Part shown: piece after piece, positions 58,509 to 64,000 of the stretch
How positions within the stretch are numbered: the stretch's first letter is position 1
How the letters are laid out: each line of letters opens with the position of its first letter
Origin: Candidatus Latescibacterota bacterium
Lineage (GTDB): Bacteria; Latescibacterota; UBA2968; GCA-2709665
Assembly: GCA_965222075.1 (NCBI GenBank)
Contig: OZ244937.1
Location: forward strand, 96,001-160,000
DNA length: 64,000 nucleotides
Reading direction: 5' to 3'
Made by a program: the position numbers and the translations under genes
Notes under the pieces: generated by a model
What the model saw: only the letters and a program-made list of their open reading frames with translations
What the model was told of the DNA's origin: nothing
Database searches by the model: none

Positions 58509-59339
58509 ATGAACGAGTACGAAAAGTACCTTTTTGATCTGAACGGGTACCTGCTCCTGGAGGATGTGCTGAGCCCGGAAGAGGTGGCCGCCTGCAACGA
58601 GGCCATCGACCACAACCTGGAGCGCCTGGAGCAGCGTGAGGTTCGGTCCGAGAAATGGTCGGACACGCTAAAGGGAAAGGGCCGGAAGGATCTCCGGGGG
58701 ATGCTCACCTGGCCCCAGCCCTGGTGCCAGCCCTTCCGGGACCTCCTGGTCCACCCCAGAATCCTCCCCTGCCTCCTCGAACTCCTTGGCGACGGGTTCC
58801 GGCTGGACCACATCTACGGCATTGTCATGAGCAAAGGCACAGAGGGCCTTGCGCTCCACGGAGGCGGTGCCAGGCGGGACAACCTCATCAATTTCTACGA
58901 ATTCCTCCACGGCCGGATGATGAGCGCGCTCACCGTGGTCTCCTGGGCGCTCACCGACTGCGGCCCCGAAGACGGCGGGTTCATCTGCATCCCGGCCAGC
59001 CACAAGTCCAACTATCCCCTGCCGCCCGACGCCGCCGTCCTGGGCAACGATCTCGGCGTCGTCAAGCAGGTCCAGATGGCGGCCGGATCGGTCGTCATCT
59101 TCACCGAGGCCCTCGCCCACGGCACCCTGCCCTGGAACGCCGACCACGAACGCCGGTCCGCCCTCTACAAGTACTCGCCCGGTTCCATCAGCTACGCCCC
59201 CCCCGACAGCGACTTCACACACACCGAGGACTACCTCCCCCCCGGAATCCGCGAGGTTTGGGACGAACTGACTCCTGAACAACAGGCCGTGCTGGAACCC
59301 CCCTACCACCCCAACCGGCCCAGTATTCCGGTGCGCTGA
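58509..59339 (+). CDS. Phytanoyl-CoA dioxygenase (PhyH) family Fe(II)/2OG enzyme
   Basis: FDLNGYL, LHGG, W.LTD...DGGF..IPASHK, AGS..IF.EAL.HG..PW, RR; alternative start at 58455. Confidence 0.85.
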   Translation: MNEYEKYLFDLNGYLLLEDVLSPEEVAACNEAIDHNLERLEQREVRSEKWSDTLKGKGRKDLRGMLTWPQPWCQPFRDLLVHPRILPCLLELLGDGFRLDHIYGIVMSKGTEGLALHGGGARRDNLINFYEFLHGRMMSALTVVSWALTDCGPEDGGFICIPASHKSNYPLPPDAAVLGNDLGVVKQVQMAAGSVVIFTEALAHGTLPWNADHERRSALYKYSPGSISYAPPDSDFTHTEDYLPPGIREVWDELTPEQQAVLEPPYHPNRPSIPVR

Positions 59340-59390
59340 CCCCCTGCCACAGGGGTAAGACCACCCAACACGAAGACGTTAGGAAAGGCT

Positions 59391-61385
59391 ATGGACGATC
59401 CTGTTTCGGTACAGAAACGAGATGAAAGCGCCGGGGTTCTCCAGGCGTCGGTCCCCCCCCTCACGACTCGTGCGGTAACGCCCCGAGCTCTGGGAACGGC
59501 CCTGCTGATCATCGTGGCCGGCGTGCTCTGGGACGAGTGGGCGGCCTACTACCTCCGCGGATCGCGGTTGACCCGCAGTCACTTTCCGATGGCGGTATTC
59601 TTCCCGTTTCTGTCGGTGACGGTCCTCAGTATGCTGATAAACCGGTTCCGGCCGGGTCGGGGGTTGACCAGGCCGGAGTTGCTGGTCGTGCTGGGGATGG
59701 GCCTGGTGGCCATGACGATACCTTTCGACGGCCTGACGGGAGGGCTGATCGGAATCCTGGGCGGGTCCACCTATCTGGCCTCCCCCGAAAACGGCTGGGC
59801 GCTCTACATCCACGACCACATCCCGGCCTGGCTGGTGCCCCACGACCGGGGCAACGCCATCGTCTGGTTCTACGAGGGCGTACCACCCCGGGGAGAGTTT
59901 CCCGCCTTGGGGGCCTGGGTCACTCCCCTGTTCTGGTGGACCACCCTGGTCGGGGGGCTGGCCTTCTCCCTGTTCTGCCTGGTCGTGATGCTCCGCAAGC
60001 AGTGGTCCGAGCACGAACGCCTGACCTATCCCCTGATGGAAGTTGGGCAGATGCTGACGGAGACGGAAGCCGGCGGACGGATGCCGGCGCTTTTCCGCTC
60101 CCCGCTCTTCTGGTCGGGCTTCGGGCTGGTGATGGGACTCAAGATGTGGAACGTGGTCTCCTATTTCTCCCCCCTCTTTCCAGCAGTTCCGTTTGAGGGG
60201 GCACGGCTTATCCTGATGCCCGACTTTCCCCATCTGATCCGGCGCGTCAGCTTCTATGCCGTCGGGTTCGGCTACTTCGCCCGGCTGGACGTGCTGTTCA
60301 GCGTCTGGTTCTTCTTGCTGGCGACCGGGTTCGAGGTGTTCGCGTTCAACCGGTTGGGCTACGCCCTCGGCGCCTCGGAGGATCAATGGTCCAGCGTGGC
60401 GCTCTCTTGGCAAAGCCTCGGTGCGCTCATATTTCTGGCCGGCTGGAGCCTCTGGATGGCTAGGGTCCACCTGGGCAACGTCTGGCGGAAGGCCCTACAC
60501 CCCGGCTGCGAGGTGGACGACAGCAGAGAGCTCATCTCCTATCGTCTGGCCGTCCTCGGCCTCGCGGGCTCCCTGCTCTTTGTCGGCGGATGGCTGCACG
60601 CGGCCGGGATGGAACCCACGGTTGTACTCACGTTTCTGCCGGTCTCGCTGCTCATCTACCTGGGACTCTCCAGAGTGGTGGCGGAGCTGGGCCTGGTCTA
60701 CGTCTACCACACAGTCTACCCCTACAGGGCGATGATCCAGGCCTGGGGCACCCAGACCCTTGGCCATTCCAGCGTCACAACCCTCTCGTTCATGCACGTC
60801 TTCCACAGCCTGGGTCGGGGGTTTGTCACCCCGGCGTTCACCCAGGCGGTCAAGGCCGTTGAATGGGTCGCCAGCCCCAGAAAGATCGCCTTCGCGCTCT
60901 GGTTGGCCCTGGCTGTCGCTCTGGCCGTCTCCATCTCCGATACGCTCGCACTCGGGTATTATTACGGCGGATACAACATGAAAGGTCAGATGCTCTGGGC
61001 CCCCCGCACGACCTTCAACTACACCGTCTCGGCCATTCGAAATCCCGCCCCGCCGGGAGGCGAGGGACGCGTCGCGTGGGCCGCCATAGGCGCCGTGGCT
61101 ATGGCGTTGCTCACGCTGGTACGCTACAGGGCGCCCTGGTGGCCGCTCCACCCGATCGGATTGGCCATACAGGGGGGCTGGGGCGTCACCAAGTCCGGTA
61201 TGTCCGTCTTCCTGGTCTGGGCGGTCAAGTCCATCATCGTTCGGATCGGAGGGGCCGGACTCTACGAGCGGGGAAAGCCCTTTTTTGTCGGGATCCTCGC
61301 GGGCCAGGCGCTCAGTACGGCCGTGATCTTCGTCATCGATATGATCTGGTTTCCGATAAAGGGCCACAATGTTCACAATTACTGA
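59391..61385 (+). CDS. DUF6785/DUF6784-like polytopic membrane protein (second paralog)
   Basis: Same motifs and length (664 aa) as the 52978 gene: QW..HERL.YP, DDSRE.ISYR, WPLHPIG, D.IWFP..GH.VH. Confidence 0.7.
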   Translation: MDDPVSVQKRDESAGVLQASVPPLTTRAVTPRALGTALLIIVAGVLWDEWAAYYLRGSRLTRSHFPMAVFFPFLSVTVLSMLINRFRPGRGLTRPELLVVLGMGLVAMTIPFDGLTGGLIGILGGSTYLASPENGWALYIHDHIPAWLVPHDRGNAIVWFYEGVPPRGEFPALGAWVTPLFWWTTLVGGLAFSLFCLVVMLRKQWSEHERLTYPLMEVGQMLTETEAGGRMPALFRSPLFWSGFGLVMGLKMWNVVSYFSPLFPAVPFEGARLILMPDFPHLIRRVSFYAVGFGYFARLDVLFSVWFFLLATGFEVFAFNRLGYALGASEDQWSSVALSWQSLGALIFLAGWSLWMARVHLGNVWRKALHPGCEVDDSRELISYRLAVLGLAGSLLFVGGWLHAAGMEPTVVLTFLPVSLLIYLGLSRVVAELGLVYVYHTVYPYRAMIQAWGTQTLGHSSVTTLSFMHVFHSLGRGFVTPAFTQAVKAVEWVASPRKIAFALWLALAVALAVSISDTLALGYYYGGYNMKGQMLWAPRTTFNYTVSAIRNPAPPGGEGRVAWAAIGAVAMALLTLVRYRAPWWPLHPIGLAIQGGWGVTKSGMSVFLVWAVKSIIVRIGGAGLYERGKPFFVGILAGQALSTAVIFVIDMIWFPIKGHNVHNY

Positions 61386-61599
61386 TTTTGAGCCCAAAAA
61401 CCTCTTGGAACACCGAAGGATCGGGTTTGTGGCGAGGTGGCACCGCGATGAGCTGTTAGACATCGACATCAATTATTGACGTCAAGTTTGGGGTTTCCGC
61501 TGATTTCAGAGATATTTTTAACGTAAATCTTTGTTTTTAATAAGGTTATAGCATATGCAACGGCCTCTCAGGGAGCAGATCGATCCCTCTGGAAAGAGC

Positions 61600-61628
61600 T
61601 TGACATCGGCACAAACTATCGTTAATCT
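61600..61628 (+). promoter_or_regulatory. Sigma70 promoter
   Basis: TTGACA-N17-TAATCT. Confidence 0.75.
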
Positions 61629-61630
61629 AT

Positions 61631-61644
61631 TGTAAGCGCTTACA
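61631..61644. promoter_or_regulatory. LacI/GalR-family (cre-like) operator
   Basis: Perfect palindrome TGTAAGCGCTTACA with central CG, overlapping the predicted transcription start. Confidence 0.8.
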
Positions 61645-61737
61645 CAATTGGCGAGAAGGGGCTGCCGGCGCTCAGATATCTAGAGATGGGTCAATCCTTT
61701 TGTAGGGGAGTTCTCACACGAGCAAGGAGGTCAGCCT

Positions 61738-61785
61738 ATGATGAGCTTTACCCAAAAGGGAGGGGCGGAGCGTCGATTGGAATGA
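61738..61785 (+). other. Candidate 15-aa uORF (MMSFTQKGGAERRLE) upstream of the second TBDR
   Basis: AGGAGGTCAGCCTATG start context. Confidence 0.4.
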
Positions 61786-61831
61786 CACCATTCAGTAGCG
61801 GTCGGGGTCACTCGCGAAGGAGGTCATCGAT

Positions 61832-64000
61832 ATGAATCGATGGATATTAATATGTCTCACAGTTGCCGCCGGCGTCTGCCTGGCAGTCGCACCGGCGGAA
61901 TCCCAGATCCTATCCGGGAAAATGACCGGTGTCGTGACGGATCCGAACGGATCCTCGCTGCCCGGCGCCAACGTCGTCGTTAAGGGCACCCGCTACGGGA
62001 CCACGGCCGACCCCGAAGGGGTCTACGTGATCCTCGGCGTGGAGCCCGGCGTCTACGAAATTGAGGCCTCGCTCGTCGGCTACAGCACGGTCGTCCGCAA
62101 GAACGTGCGCGTGGTCGGGGGCCGGAGCATCAAGGCCAACTTCACCCTGCGGGAGACCGCGATCCAGGCCGAGGAGATTGTCGTCACCGCAAAGCACCCG
62201 CTCATCGAGGTCGACCGCACCGGGAGCGAGACCAAGATCCTGAAGGAGGCCATCGAGCAGGTCCCGATCATCCGAGACGTGCAGGGACACCTCGAGCACG
62301 TCTCCGGTGTGGACGTGCTCAGCGCCCGGGACGGAGGACGAGGCTATACTGACGACAACGGCATCCGCATCCGCCGGCAGGTCGGGGATACGATGGGTTC
62401 CGGCCAGACCTGGACCCTCGACGGCATGGAGTTAACCATCCTCGATGTCGGATTCATCAGCAACCTGCGGCAGTACAACAACCTCCCGGTCACCGCCATC
62501 TCCGAAATGGCGATCGTCAAAGGCGGCATCGACGCCTCCCAGGCCTCGGCCGTCGCCGGCGTCATCAACATGGTCTCGCGCGAGGGCACCCGGGCTATCC
62601 ACGGGGGGATCGACGTGAGAATCGAGCCCTCCGGGAGACGCCACCGCGGGCCCAACATCTACGACGCGGTCGCCGGCCAGGCCGGCGGGACGAACGGGCT
62701 GTGGCGGGACAAGCTCAAGTGGGACGACCCGGACTGGGTCAACGAAGTCGACTCGGTTACCGGCGAGCAGGTCCACGTCAGGCAGGATTACGAGGGCGCG
62801 ATCGGGCACTTGGTTGAGGGGTGGGTCTCCGGTCCCCTGGGCGAGAACACCACCTTCTTCGTCAGCGGCAAGACCAGCCGGGACAAGGTTGTCTTTCCCG
62901 CCCCGGAGCGGATCGGGCTCCGGCAGTGGTCCATCTTTGGGAAACTCACCCATACCCTCGCGGACAACCTCAAACTCAAAATCGCCTACAACCAGTCGAA
63001 CGAGCCAAAGTACCAGGGAGACGTCCGGGGTCCGGGCGACGTCCTGGGTTCCACCTCCAACCTCTTCCTGGTCAACGGGTTCACCGGATACGAGGAGCAG
63101 CACCGGAACCGCGTCGTCTACGCCACCGTCACCCACGCGATCAGCCCCCGGACCTTCCAGGAGATGCAGGTCGGCTTTTTCGGCACGATCGTCGACACCA
63201 CCGACAAAACGCCCACGACCTCGGGGGGCTGGCGGAAGGACGAGGACGGCAAGTTCAACCTCTATCGAGACTACAGGCGGCTCTACGTCGACAACAACCG
63301 GCGCTACAACCTCCGCTACGACCTCACCAGCCAGGTGACCCGGCGAAACCTGCTCAGGACCGGGTTCACCTACCAGATTTTCAATAACACCAACATGCAG
63401 TTCGTGCAGAATAACGCCTCCCGGGGATCCATCAAGATCATCGCCGGGGGAGACTACCTCCCCGGTGAGCGCTACACCGCCCAACGGTTCAACTGGTATT
63501 TCTCGGACAAGGTCGAGTTCCAGGGCCTGATCGTCAACTTCGGCCTCCGCTACGACCGCCTCTGGGGCGGGCCGGAAAAGGCGATCGGGGGCTGGTACCG
63601 CGGGCAGCCAGGGCTCCGGACTTACAATGCCTTTGTCACCCGCACCCCTCGGGGAAAGATGAGACCGCTGGCCACCTGGTCACCCCGGATCGGGGTCTCC
63701 CACCCGCTCACCGACCGGGCGGTGCTCCGCTACTCCTTCGGGCTCTACTACAAACCGGCGATGTTCGGGCAGATCTGGGGCGAGGGCTTTGTCGGCACCA
63801 ACCTCAAGGTTGATCCCACCCTCGCGCCGGGGGCCACCACCTGGATGGACGACACCAACGGCACCGGAACCGCCTGGCGGATGGACAGCACCTGGCACAA
63901 CCCGAGCGGGCTTACCAACACGACCGAGTTCGAGGCGGCGGCCGAATGGAACTTCGTCAGCGACCTCGTCCTGGACGTGGGAACCTACTTCCGCCGGGTG
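61832..64000 (+). CDS. TonB-dependent receptor, paralog of 39081..42131 (runs off the window; absent from the ORF track)
   Basis: AGGAGG RBS; MNRWILICLTVAAG...SGKMTGVVTD..G..LPGANV; shares HVRQDYEGAIGHLVEGWVSGPL with the first TBDR. Confidence 0.92.
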   Translation, partial: MNRWILICLTVAAGVCLAVAPAESQILSGKMTGVVTDPNGSSLPGANVVVKGTRYGTTADPEGVYVILGVEPGVYEIEASLVGYSTVVRKNVRVVGGRSIKANFTLRETAIQAEEIVVTAKHPLIEVDRTGSETKILKEAIEQVPIIRDVQGHLEHVSGVDVLSARDGGRGYTDDNGIRIRRQVGDTMGSGQTWTLDGMELTILDVGFISNLRQYNNLPVTAISEMAIVKGGIDASQASAVAGVINMVSREGTRAIHGGIDVRIEPSGRRHRGPNIYDAVAGQAGGTNGLWRDKLKWDDPDWVNEVDSVTGEQVHVRQDYEGAIGHLVEGWVSGPLGENTTFFVSGKTSRDKVVFPAPERIGLRQWSIFGKLTHTLADNLKLKIAYNQSNEPKYQGDVRGPGDVLGSTSNLFLVNGFTGYEEQHRNRVVYATVTHAISPRTFQEMQVGFFGTIVDTTDKTPTTSGGWRKDEDGKFNLYRDYRRLYVDNNRRYNLRYDLTSQVTRRNLLRTGFTYQIFNNTNMQFVQNNASRGSIKIIAGGDYLPGERYTAQRFNWYFSDKVEFQGLIVNFGLRYDRLWGGPEKAIGGWYRGQPGLRTYNAFVTRTPRGKMRPLATWSPRIGVSHPLTDRAVLRYSFGLYYKPAMFGQIWGEGFVGTNLKVDPTLAPGATTWMDDTNGTGTAWRMDSTWHNPSGLTNTTEFEAAAEWNFVSDLVLDVGTYFRRV

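Noticed and set aside
61400-61600. Glycine-riboswitch-like words (CACCGAAGG, CTCTCAGG, CTCTGGAAAG) in the expected order
   Set aside because: The first two are separated by about 145 nt of partly AT-rich sequence, the second aptamer motifs are missing, and all lie upstream of the predicted promoter. An Rfam scan would settle it.

Overview
This is a GC-rich bacterial genomic window with almost all genes on the + strand. Gene content (TonB-dependent receptors, a PorV-family barrel, FlgD/T9SS-like C-terminal domains, a dockerin-like domain, a GWxTD protein, DUF6785-like membrane proteins) suggests an FCB-group lineage such as Candidatus Latescibacterota; this is an inference. Four blocks are visible. 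(1) 1-18.3 kb is a Wzx/Wzy-type surface-polysaccharide locus with GT4s, an aminotransferase, formyltransferase, PIG-L deacetylase, sulfotransferase and epimerases. (2) 18.6-36.2 kb holds a HEPN-MNT toxin-antitoxin pair, then a catabolic/uptake block (M14 peptidase, Gfo/Idh/MocA, CRTAC1, an Opp-type ABC transporter, deacetylase-like and tandem amidohydrolase genes, a TPR protein). (3) 36.3-51.7 kb is an outer-membrane module: small beta-barrel, di-CXXCH temptin-like protein with dockerin-like tail, cohesin-like CTD protein, TBDR, large CTD/FN3 protein, PorV, GWxTD-TPR, transglutaminase-like protein and TonB. (4) 51.7-64 kb is a second catabolic block (two DUF6785-like transporters, two homocysteine S-methyltransferase-family paralogs, FAD oxidoreductase, PhyH dioxygenase) plus a second TBDR behind a promoter with a perfect LacI-type operator. 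The most notable observations are a SusD-less TBDR/CTD-protein/PorV system with a cohesin-dockerin-linked cytochrome, two collapsed head-plus-tail homocysteine-methyltransferase minigenes, two signal-peptide lesions in one operon (one tied to a 48-bp direct repeat), and matching uORF starts before both TBDRs. No rRNA, tRNA, CRISPR array or intact transposase was seen. All assignments come from motif recognition by eye; no database search was run.
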